Shown: piece after piece, positions 1 through 7,661 of the stretch
How positions within the stretch are numbered: position 1 is the first letter of the stretch
Layout of the letters: every line of letters begins with the position of its first letter
DNA from: an uncultured virus (IMG/VR IMGVR_UViG_3300022929_002303)
Lineage: Duplodnaviria > Heunggongvirae > Uroviricota > Caudoviricetes
Strand: one strand, 5' to 3'
DNA: 20,000 bases
Virus record (IMG/VR): IMGVR_UViG_3300022929_002303
The notes under the pieces: generated by a model
The model's input: the letters and a program-made list of their open reading frames with translations, nothing else
Told to the model about the DNA's origin: nothing
Databases searched by the model: none
Translations under genes and position numbers: made by a program

Positions 1-1
1 C

Positions 2-634
2 AATTATCACTTTGACCCTGATTTGATGCATCCTCTCTATGATACAGTCGATAGAGTAGGCGTAATTGATTTGAGTAGCATCACACAAGAAGAATTAGAC
101 AAAGTTGTAGCAGAGTCTAAAGAAGCAACATGGCGTACGAGAGGCAACCCTAAAAAAGAATCTAAAGTCAGAGGAGAAGATGAATTTAAGACTGAAGACT
201 ATGACTTAGAAAAGACAGGTTATGGTATTGACTATGTTGTCAGTAATCTTAACTGGGAAGTGCCACCAAACATACAAGCAATTGCAGATCAGTTTGGTTT
301 AGATGATATGATGACTAGAATTCATGTACAAAATCCAGGTCAAGTATGGAACTTGCACATGGACAAATTAGAAAAATGGAACTTTGAAGACCCAAGTACT
401 GTAGAAAGATACATGATTCAATTATCTGATTGGAGACCCGGTCAATGGTTTAGTTATGGTAACTATACTTTTGAGCATTGGAAAGCAGGAGATGTGACTA
501 CATTTAGATGGCAAGATGTTCCTCACTCAACTGCAAACGCAGGTCATCACCCTCGTATTACTTTACAAGTTACTGGAGTTCGTACTGATAAATCTAAAGA
601 GTTTATACGATTGTTACGAAAAGGAGAGTTATAA
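2..634 (+). CDS. 2OG-Fe(II) oxygenase / cupin-fold hydroxylase-like protein (probably 5'-truncated by the window edge)
   Basis: HxD...H facial-triad pattern (WNLHMDK ... VPHSTANAGHHPRITLQVTG) with a downstream Arg, as in Asp/Asn beta-hydroxylase-like proteins. The frame is open from base 2 (NYHFDPDLMHP), so the true start may lie upstream. Confidence 0.6.
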   Translation, partial: NYHFDPDLMHPLYDTVDRVGVIDLSSITQEELDKVVAESKEATWRTRGNPKKESKVRGEDEFKTEDYDLEKTGYGIDYVVSNLNWEVPPNIQAIADQFGLDDMMTRIHVQNPGQVWNLHMDKLEKWNFEDPSTVERYMIQLSDWRPGQWFSYGNYTFEHWKAGDVTTFRWQDVPHSTANAGHHPRITLQVTGVRTDKSKEFIRLLRKGEL

Positions 635-895
635 CTCTCTTTTGTTGACATCCTTGCAGATTTCTTTTGCAAGATCACTACCAGTTGTCACAAACAAAAA
701 CGGAAAGAACGCATGTATGATAACAGCAAGGCCTGTTAATAGCATACTTACACCATAGTACAATGCACAACTTAAATGTTCCGTGTATGTTTCACCCAAA
801 GAGTGTGGATGTTCTGTAAATTTGTTTCGGAGTTTATTGAAAAACGTGATTGTTTTGCTCTCCGTATATTTTAATATACTTGCCGGCAATTTCAT
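629..895 (-). CDS. Small membrane protein, DUF6356-like
   Basis: FTEHPHSLGETYTEHL...IHAFFPFLFVTTGSD resembles the DUF6356 family as recalled, with a hydrophobic central helix. Start uncertain (62-nt overlap with the upstream gene). Confidence 0.6.
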   Translation of the reverse strand: MKLPASILKYTESKTITFFNKLRNKFTEHPHSLGETYTEHLSCALYYGVSMLLTGLAVIIHAFFPFLFVTTGSDLAKEICKDVNKREL

Positions 896-1373
896 CTGCT
901 TCTGATTCTATAGGAGACCCTGGATAACTTGAATTGGGTGTGATTAAACCTTTTTCTCCTTGTCTGATATGAACAAGTTCATGGAATACTGTTCTAAGAA
1001 TATCAATTAGATTTCTGTTGCCATAGACCCAAATCTCGTCAGAACCAAGTTCGTGTCTACCCGTATGATGACCGTCTTGTGCCTCTTGTGTATCATAACT
1101 TAACTTGACTTTAGGCATATTTTCAATTTTTAAAACATTACCCATCCAATGTGCGGCTTTTGTTACTTCATCCTCAATGTTTAAACCATCATCAAACATT
1201 TGATCAGAAGCAGTTAATTCTTGTCTTGCTTTGTGTGCTTGTTTGGCAGCCTGCTTGGCATTACGATAAATTTTACCTTTTTCGTCTACGTTATATTGAT
1301 CACTCTTAATCTTGGGAAGTCTGTTTTCCAAGTCTTTAAGCGGATCTTCATTGATAAATTGATAGGCTCTCAT
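834..1373 (-). CDS. Zincin-like (HExxH) metallopeptidase-domain protein, probably late/virion-associated
   Basis: RTVFHELVHIRQ plus downstream SPIESEAD. Start moved from 1487 to the ATG at 1373 (MRAYQFINE), 5 nt after a GATAAATA late box, which also removes the overlap with the divergent gene. Confidence 0.65.
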   Translation of the reverse strand: MRAYQFINEDPLKDLENRLPKIKSDQYNVDEKGKIYRNAKQAAKQAHKARQELTASDQMFDDGLNIEDEVTKAAHWMGNVLKIENMPKVKLSYDTQEAQDGHHTGRHELGSDEIWVYGNRNLIDILRTVFHELVHIRQGEKGLITPNSSYPGSPIESEADEIAGKYIKIYGEQNNHVFQ

Positions 1374-1378
1374 ACTAT

Positions 1379-1386
1379 TATTTATC
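1379..1386 (-). promoter_or_regulatory. T4-like late promoter box (GATAAATA)
   Basis: One mismatch to TATAAATA, intergenic, 5 nt upstream of the ATG at 1373. Confidence 0.55.
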
Positions 1387-1413
1387 AATAATTGCTTTTG
1401 GGAAATGTTTTGC

Positions 1414-1442
1414 TTGACTCTAACCGTATTAAATATTACAAT
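1414..1442 (+). promoter_or_regulatory. sigma70-type promoter
   Basis: TTGACT-N17-TACAAT; ATG at 1450 follows 7 nt later with no Shine-Dalgarno. Confidence 0.7.
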
Positions 1443-1449
1443 AGAACAC

Positions 1450-1671
1450 ATGATATTACCTGAAGTTGAAAAAGCACTACATATCATTTGGGAACTAGAG
1501 TATGAAATGTTGAATGAAAGAAACTGTGGTTACACGGGTTCAGACATGAAAAAGAAACTCTGGCAGATCAAAATGAGAGTAGACAAAGCAATTGCAAAGG
1601 CCCCGGTCTATCATGGTGACCCAAACTACGAACAAGAATATCTTGTAGCAAAAATTAAAGGCGAAGTATGA
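1450..1671 (+). CDS. Hypothetical phage protein (paralog of 16371..16607)
   Basis: Start moved to ATG 1450, downstream of the promoter. Ungapped similarity to 16371..16607; ATGA overlap with the next gene. Confidence 0.7.
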   Translation: MILPEVEKALHIIWELEYEMLNERNCGYTGSDMKKKLWQIKMRVDKAIAKAPVYHGDPNYEQEYLVAKIKGEV

Positions 1672-2468
1672 AGTTAGGTATAATCGGTAAAGGGTTTGTT
1701 GGCTCCGCAGTCAGCAATGGTTTTACTAATGATACAGAACAATTTATCGTTGACCCAGCAATTAATTCTCACACAATCAAAGATTTAGTAGAATGGAATC
1801 CAGACATGATATTTGTCTGTGTGCCTACTCCACAACAAGAATCACATTTAGACGTAGATACTCACATAGTACGTGAAGTATTACTTAACATTGGACTTAC
1901 AGACTATGCAAACGTTGTAGTAGTTAAATCTACTATTACTCCTAATCATCTAACGCAGTTTAAGAAACTTTTTAGTGGATTACGACTTGTATATAATCCT
2001 GAGTTCTTAACTGAAGCAAACAGTTTAGAAGACTTTATCAATCCAAATATGCAAATACTAGGTGGAGAGTTACAAGACTGCATCGAAGTAGAACAAGCAT
2101 ACATTCATCATAGTCAAGTCAAAATCGTACCCACATTCAAAACAGACTTCACAACAGCAAGTCTAATCAAATACACAATTAACAGTTGGTTAGCAACGAA
2201 AGTATCATTCTTTAATGAATTATTTCATTTGCACCAATCAAGCAATGCAGAGACTACATGGGAGCAGTTTACTGACATGGTAAAACGTGACCCAAGAATA
2301 GGAGACAGTCATATGCAAGTCCCTGGACCAGATGGTAAGTTTGGTTTTGGTGGACACTGTTTTCCGAAAGATACAAAAGCATTGTTATATTATTCTAAAC
2401 TAGAGGGGGCGCCGCTCACTCTATTAGAAAATGTCATCCAACAAAACGATGACGACAGAAACGGGTAA
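1668..2468 (+). CDS. UDP-glucose/GDP-mannose dehydrogenase family protein (short form)
   Basis: Rossmann GIIGKGFVG, FVCVPTP, VVKSTI, YNPEFLTE, catalytic GFGGHCFPKD. Ends before the usual C-terminal UDP-binding domain. Confidence 0.9.
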   Translation: MKLGIIGKGFVGSAVSNGFTNDTEQFIVDPAINSHTIKDLVEWNPDMIFVCVPTPQQESHLDVDTHIVREVLLNIGLTDYANVVVVKSTITPNHLTQFKKLFSGLRLVYNPEFLTEANSLEDFINPNMQILGGELQDCIEVEQAYIHHSQVKIVPTFKTDFTTASLIKYTINSWLATKVSFFNELFHLHQSSNAETTWEQFTDMVKRDPRIGDSHMQVPGPDGKFGFGGHCFPKDTKALLYYSKLEGAPLTLLENVIQQNDDDRNG

Positions 2469-2476
2469 ATATACCC

Positions 2477-2505
2477 TTGACAACATACAGACTATTCTGT
2501 ATACT
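2477..2505 (+). promoter_or_regulatory. sigma70-type promoter
   Basis: TTGACA-N17-TATACT, intergenic; AGGAG RBS before ATG 2541. Confidence 0.75.
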
Positions 2506-2540
2506 ATATGCATAGATTTACATAATCATAGGAGATAATA

Positions 2541-2801
2541 ATGGCAGGTAAATACTTTAATCCAGAGCAAGTTAATAAAATGAAGCAACTTGTTAATGAA
2601 GGCATGGCAGTAATGCAAGAAGTTGAGACACTTAACGGCGGACTCAATGATACTGTAAAAGCAATCGCAGAAGAACTTGAAATCAAGCCTTCTATTCTTA
2701 AGAAAGCAATTAGAATTGCATACAAAAGCAATCTAATGGACACAAATGCTGACCACGAACAACTGAACGATATCTTGGAGACTGTTGGTCGAACTCTTTA
2801 A
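2541..2801 (+). CDS. Small helical DNA-binding protein, T4 DsbA-like
   Basis: 86 aa, helical, VKAIAEELEIKPSILKKAIRIAYK pattern resembles phage DsbA/GapR-like proteins; sits near the polymerase. Confidence 0.55.
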   Translation: MAGKYFNPEQVNKMKQLVNEGMAVMQEVETLNGGLNDTVKAIAEELEIKPSILKKAIRIAYKSNLMDTNADHEQLNDILETVGRTL

Positions 2802-3427
2802 TGCCAAGACTTGTCACGTTTGGATGTTCATTTACATACGGCCACAGTTTACCTGACTGTTATATAGGAAATGGACGTCCAGGTGATTCTCCTAGTAAGT
2901 TTGCTTGGCCAAATCTACTAGCAGAAAAGTTAGATTACGAGTGTTTAAATTTATCTGCTTGTGGTTCGGGTAATTATCAAATTTTACTAGATATTTTACG
3001 GACAGATTTTAAACAGGATGATTTAGTTGTAATAGGATATTCGTATTTTGATAGATATGAAAATTACCTAATGACTGATAAAATTGACGCAGGCTTTCAA
3101 ATAACTTCAGAGTCTAAAGAACTTCAACATAGAATAGAAATCAATAAAGTTATGTTAGGTGAGACAAGTGAAGAACAAAAGTTTTGGAATAATTGGTTAT
3201 CCATACAACATGCAGAAATGATATTAAACTCTAAAAATATAAAAAATTATTCGTTTCTCAATGTGCCAGAAATAGCACAAGAAACAAAACCTGACTTGAT
3301 CGAAATGCAAAACTTTATCGATCATATCAAATTAACATTTAAGGATTATGCTTTGGACAAAGAACATCCAGGAATTGAGACTCATCAGTTGCAATCAGAA
3401 CAACTTTATAGTACAATAGCACTATGA
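2801..3427 (+). CDS. SGNH/GDSL hydrolase-like protein
   Basis: Block I FGCSFTYG, block II CGSGN, C-terminal DKEHPG. Confidence 0.6.
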   Translation: MPRLVTFGCSFTYGHSLPDCYIGNGRPGDSPSKFAWPNLLAEKLDYECLNLSACGSGNYQILLDILRTDFKQDDLVVIGYSYFDRYENYLMTDKIDAGFQITSESKELQHRIEINKVMLGETSEEQKFWNNWLSIQHAEMILNSKNIKNYSFLNVPEIAQETKPDLIEMQNFIDHIKLTFKDYALDKEHPGIETHQLQSEQLYSTIAL

Positions 3428-6138
3428 GTTATATCGACGCCATACATGATAAATCTGCGGAACGAATACATGTCGTAGAACGTACCCCTGAGGGTAACAG
3501 AGACTTTAAAGAGTATCCTACGAATTATGTTCTGTATTATGAAGATCCTAAGGGCAAACATCGATCACTTTATGGCACTCCTGTCAAAAAGTTTTCGTCA
3601 CGTAAACAAGCAGAGTGGGAGAAAGAGAAACGCATCCACGGTAAGAAACGTCTGTTTGAAGCAGACATTCCGATCGTCTTCAGATGCCTTAGTGAAAACT
3701 ATCTGAAGGTTGATGCCCCTAAACTGCATACGTGTTTTTTTGATATCGAGGTAGACTTTGATCCTAGTAGAGGATTCTCTCCTCCAAGTGATCCATTCAA
3801 TCCTGTGACTGCTGTTAGTCTATACTTAGACTGGCTTGATCAGTTAGTATGTCTTGCAGTTCCCCCTAAGCATATGACGTATGAGACTGCACAAGAAGCA
3901 ATCGCAGAGTTCCCTGATACTATGTTGTTCAGAACAGAGAAAGAATTGTTTGATGCATTCTTTTCTTTAATCGAAGATGCAGATGTGTTGTCAGGTTGGA
4001 ACTCAGAAGGATATGATATTCCGTATATGGTCAATCGTGTTACACGTGTGATGTCTAAAGATGATACACGTAGATTTTGTCTGTTAGGGCAGTATCCTAA
4101 GAAACGTAAGTATGAACGATTTGGTAAAGAAGAAGAAACGTTTGACTTAGTTGGTCGTATTCACTTAGACTATCTACAACTCTATAAAAAGTACAACTAT
4201 GAATCTCGCCATAGTTATAAACTAGATGCGATTGGTGAAATGGAAGTTGGTGAAAAGAAGACTGAGTATGAAGGGTCACTAGATCAACTGTACAACAAAG
4301 ACTTTAAAAAGTTCATCGAATATAACAGACAGGATACATTACTGCTTAAGAAACTAGATGATAAGTTGCAGTTCTTAGAACTTGCTAATCAACTGGCGCA
4401 TGAAAATACTGTGTTGCTTCCAACTGTTATGGGCTCAGTTGCTATGATTGAAATGGCAGTGATGAATGAAGCACATGAACGTGGCATGGTTGTACCCAAT
4501 AAGATAAGACAGAATATCAATACAATCAGTGAAGGACAAGCGGCAGGTGCTTATGTGATGAATCCTAAGAAAGGACTACATGAGTGGATAGGCTCTATTG
4601 ATATTAACTCACTTTATCCTTCAACTATTCGTGCATTGAACATGGCTCCAGAGACAATCGTCGGGCAAGTCAGACAGACTCTTACTGAACAATATATGCA
4701 AGAGAAAGGACTGGAACTGGCTAAGAAGAAACCTAGATACAAAGAAGGTGATGCTCCAGTAGAAGGACCCGTACTATGGGAAGGTCTTTTCGGCTCACTA
4801 GAGTACACTGCCATTCAAAATCAGGAACGTGGCACTATGCTGACGATTGATTATGAAGATGGCAGAGAAGAACAGATGAGTGCCGCAGAAGCATGGAAGA
4901 TGATTTACGATTCTAATAATCCTTATATCCTTAGTGCAAATGGTACAATCTTTAGATCAGATACTGAAGGTGTGATTCCTGGACTGTTATCTAAATGGTA
5001 TTCTGATCGTAAGATTATGCAAGGTAAACTCAGAGAAGCAACTACAAAAGAAGACATTGAGTATTGGGACAAACGTCAGTTAGTTCGTAAAATTTTGCTT
5101 AACTCTGCATATGGTGCACTTTTGAATGAGCATTGTCGATTCTATGATAAACGCATAGGACAAAGTACAACACTCACAGGTCGTTCTATCACTAAGCATA
5201 TGTCAGCATTTGTTAATGAAATAATGACTGGTAAATATGATCACACAGGTGAATCAATGATTTATGGTGATACTGACTCATGTTACTTTAGTGCATGGCC
5301 CATGCTTAAAGATGATCTTCCAGCAGATATGTCATTAGAAGACAAAAAGCAGACATTTATTGACTTGTATGAAAGTATGTCTGACCAATGTAATGTATCG
5401 TTTCCTGGCTTTATGGAAAAAGCATTTCATTGTCCACGTGACAAAGGTATGATTATCAAAGGTGGCAGAGAAGTCTGTGGTGACAGAGGATTGTTTATTA
5501 CTAAGAAAAGATATGCAATCAATATCTATGATGCAGAAAATAAACGTACTGACAAAGATGGTGCGATGAAAGTTAAGGCAATGGGCTTAGACTTAAAGAG
5601 AGCAGATACTCCTGCATATGTACAAGACTTCTTAATGGAAGTTTTAGAAATGACACTATCAGGTAAACAACGTGATGATATTATCGAAAAGATTAAAGAG
5701 TTTAAAATATCATTAGGTCAACAGGATTCTTGGACAAAAGGTTCTCCTAAGTCTGTTAACAAATTGACATATTATACTGAACTAGAAAAGAAATCTAAGA
5801 CTGGTCGAGCAAACATGCCGGGTCACGTAAGAGCGGCAATGAATTGGAACACACTTAAAAGAATACATGATGACAATTATTCAATGGAGATCATGGATGG
5901 ATTCAAAGTAGTAGTATGTAAACTCAAAACTAATGCGTTAGGTTATACGAGTATTGCATACCCTACAGATCAACTTAGACTTCCTGAATGGTTCAAAGAC
6001 ATGCCATTTGATGACAACTTAATGGAGTCTACTTTAGTAGATGAAAAAATCAGCAACTTGCTAGGAGTTCTTAAATGGGACTTACGAGCAAACACAGACA
6101 CTAATTCAACGTTTGATGAGTTGTTTAGTTTCGGGTAA
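3424..6138 (+). CDS. polB: Family B DNA polymerase with 3'-5' exonuclease
   Basis: ExoI FDIEVD, ExoII GWNSEGYDIPY, ExoIII YNRQD; motif A SIDINSLYPS, motif B KILLNSAYG, motif C YGDTDS, then KKRYA. Confidence 0.97.
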   Translation: MSYIDAIHDKSAERIHVVERTPEGNRDFKEYPTNYVLYYEDPKGKHRSLYGTPVKKFSSRKQAEWEKEKRIHGKKRLFEADIPIVFRCLSENYLKVDAPKLHTCFFDIEVDFDPSRGFSPPSDPFNPVTAVSLYLDWLDQLVCLAVPPKHMTYETAQEAIAEFPDTMLFRTEKELFDAFFSLIEDADVLSGWNSEGYDIPYMVNRVTRVMSKDDTRRFCLLGQYPKKRKYERFGKEEETFDLVGRIHLDYLQLYKKYNYESRHSYKLDAIGEMEVGEKKTEYEGSLDQLYNKDFKKFIEYNRQDTLLLKKLDDKLQFLELANQLAHENTVLLPTVMGSVAMIEMAVMNEAHERGMVVPNKIRQNINTISEGQAAGAYVMNPKKGLHEWIGSIDINSLYPSTIRALNMAPETIVGQVRQTLTEQYMQEKGLELAKKKPRYKEGDAPVEGPVLWEGLFGSLEYTAIQNQERGTMLTIDYEDGREEQMSAAEAWKMIYDSNNPYILSANGTIFRSDTEGVIPGLLSKWYSDRKIMQGKLREATTKEDIEYWDKRQLVRKILLNSAYGALLNEHCRFYDKRIGQSTTLTGRSITKHMSAFVNEIMTGKYDHTGESMIYGDTDSCYFSAWPMLKDDLPADMSLEDKKQTFIDLYESMSDQCNVSFPGFMEKAFHCPRDKGMIIKGGREVCGDRGLFITKKRYAINIYDAENKRTDKDGAMKVKAMGLDLKRADTPAYVQDFLMEVLEMTLSGKQRDDIIEKIKEFKISLGQQDSWTKGSPKSVNKLTYYTELEKKSKTGRANMPGHVRAAMNWNTLKRIHDDNYSMEIMDGFKVVVCKLKTNALGYTSIAYPTDQLRLPEWFKDMPFDDNLMESTLVDEKISNLLGVLKWDLRANTDTNSTFDELFSFG

Positions 6139-6156
6139 ATCACATGTCCAAAACAT

Positions 6157-6207
6157 TTGCTTTACACAATAAATCCAGATATAATACACAGTATATCTAC
6201 CTAAATA
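6157..6207 (+). promoter_or_regulatory. Tandem sigma70 promoter and late-type box
   Basis: TTGCTT-N17-TATAAT (6157-6185), CTAAATA (6201-6207), then GAGGAG RBS before ATG 6225. Confidence 0.6.
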
Positions 6208-6224
6208 CATTACGAGGAGTATAA

Positions 6225-6959
6225 ATGAAAGATAACTTATTAGACATCATCGGTTACACGCATAGTCTAGGCATCATTGATCTAGTAAAGATCGTGGGAA
6301 CTGATACAGAAACTGAAATTCATGCAATTGCAGAAGATAAATCTGTTATTGTGACAGGCAAAACTAAAACGCCTGTTGCAGATTTTATCGGAACATTTGG
6401 TATGCCGAATCTAACTAAACTAAAAACTATTTTAGGCTTTGATGTCTACAATGATGATAGTTCTACAATCGACATGACTAAAGCAAACAAAGATGGCAAC
6501 GAAGTTCCTAGTGCAATTCACTTTGCAACTAAGCAAGGAGATTTTGTTAACGACTATCGTTTGATGTCACAAGCAATCATCGAAGAAAAAGTAAGAAATG
6601 TTACTTTCAAAGGTGCTAATTGGGACGTAGAATTTGAACCAACAGTTGCAGGTATCATGCGTTTAAAAATGCAGGCACAAGCAAACTCTGAAGAATTGAA
6701 CTTTACTACTAAAACAGAAGATGGCGATCTTAAAATCTTTTTTGGTGATCCTTCAACTCACTCAGGTAATTTTGTATTTCAACCTACAGTAACAGGTGAA
6801 CTTACAAGAGCATGGATGTGGCCTGTTAAGGTATTCTTGTCTATTATGGATTTGCCAGGTGACAAGACTGTACGTATTTCTGATCAAGGTGCGGCTCAAA
6901 TTACAGTAGACAGTGGTTACACAATTTACGAATATCTCTTGCCGGCACAAGCCAAGTAA
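6225..6959 (+). CDS. Putative DNA polymerase sliding clamp (gp45/PCNA-like)
   Basis: 244 aa, acidic, beta-rich with few helices, directly after polB, strong RBS. Ends in an aromatic strand (YEYLLPA) as clamps do. Fold inferred, no diagnostic motif. Confidence 0.5.
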   Translation: MKDNLLDIIGYTHSLGIIDLVKIVGTDTETEIHAIAEDKSVIVTGKTKTPVADFIGTFGMPNLTKLKTILGFDVYNDDSSTIDMTKANKDGNEVPSAIHFATKQGDFVNDYRLMSQAIIEEKVRNVTFKGANWDVEFEPTVAGIMRLKMQAQANSEELNFTTKTEDGDLKIFFGDPSTHSGNFVFQPTVTGELTRAWMWPVKVFLSIMDLPGDKTVRISDQGAAQITVDSGYTIYEYLLPAQAK

Positions 6960-7661
6960 TTGATTATTCAACGTAGCAACACTCATTGGGAACAGCCCGA
7001 GTTTTGGACTAGGGGAAACCATACACAACAAGTGGTTAGAAGTCAAGGCTTGTGCAATGATATTGTGGGGACTCATTATTCATATATCCCTATCGGCAAA
7101 GTAGCATCAACGTTTATGTCAGAATTTTTGGCACAGTTAAAGTGGATCAATACTGCATATAATTACAATGATGTTGATAAACATCGTACTCCTAAAAAGT
7201 ATATGGTTATTTTGCGAGATCCAGTAGAACGTTGGTGTTCTGGTATTGTAGAGTACTTGGTTAATCATCGTAGTTTTATAGAAGGCAGGGATAATCACGG
7301 ATGGACTCTACAAGATAGAGAAATGCTAGATTTTATCTTTGGTGTTGCAAAGTTTGACAGACACACGTGTTCTCAGGTAGATTATCTGCACGGCTTAGAT
7401 ACAAACGATTGTGTATTCTTTAAACTAGATAATAATTTTGAAGATACAATGAAACGGTTTGCAGAAAAAGAATTACATTCACCCATAAATGATGTAATTA
7501 TTAGAGATTTTGCATATAATACATCAGAAAGAGAAACACACAAAAAACTTAGGAATACAATTGATTTTCAAATTAAAAATAATCCTAGGTATATGAAGAG
7601 GATAAAAGATCATTTTGCAGATGATCTTGTGTTGTTTAATCAAGTAACATTTTATGAATAA
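6960..7661 (+). CDS. Sulfotransferase-family protein
   Basis: 5'-PSB-like YIPIGKVASTFM and 3'-PB-like VILRDPVERWCSG; TTG start directly after the previous stop. Confidence 0.7.
   Translation: MIIQRSNTHWEQPEFWTRGNHTQQVVRSQGLCNDIVGTHYSYIPIGKVASTFMSEFLAQLKWINTAYNYNDVDKHRTPKKYMVILRDPVERWCSGIVEYLVNHRSFIEGRDNHGWTLQDREMLDFIFGVAKFDRHTCSQVDYLHGLDTNDCVFFKLDNNFEDTMKRFAEKELHSPINDVIIRDFAYNTSERETHKKLRNTIDFQIKNNPRYMKRIKDHFADDLVLFNQVTFYE

Noticed and set aside
1374..1487. Longer N-termini given by the ORF track for 834..1487 and 1405..1671
   Set aside because: They would overlap each other and run across the divergent promoters; starts at 1373 and 1450 fit better.
3424..6138. Intein or intron in polB
   Set aside because: Continuous 904-aa ORF with all motifs; no intein splice-junction or LAGLIDADG signature seen. 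The motif A-B spacer is longish but not intein-like.
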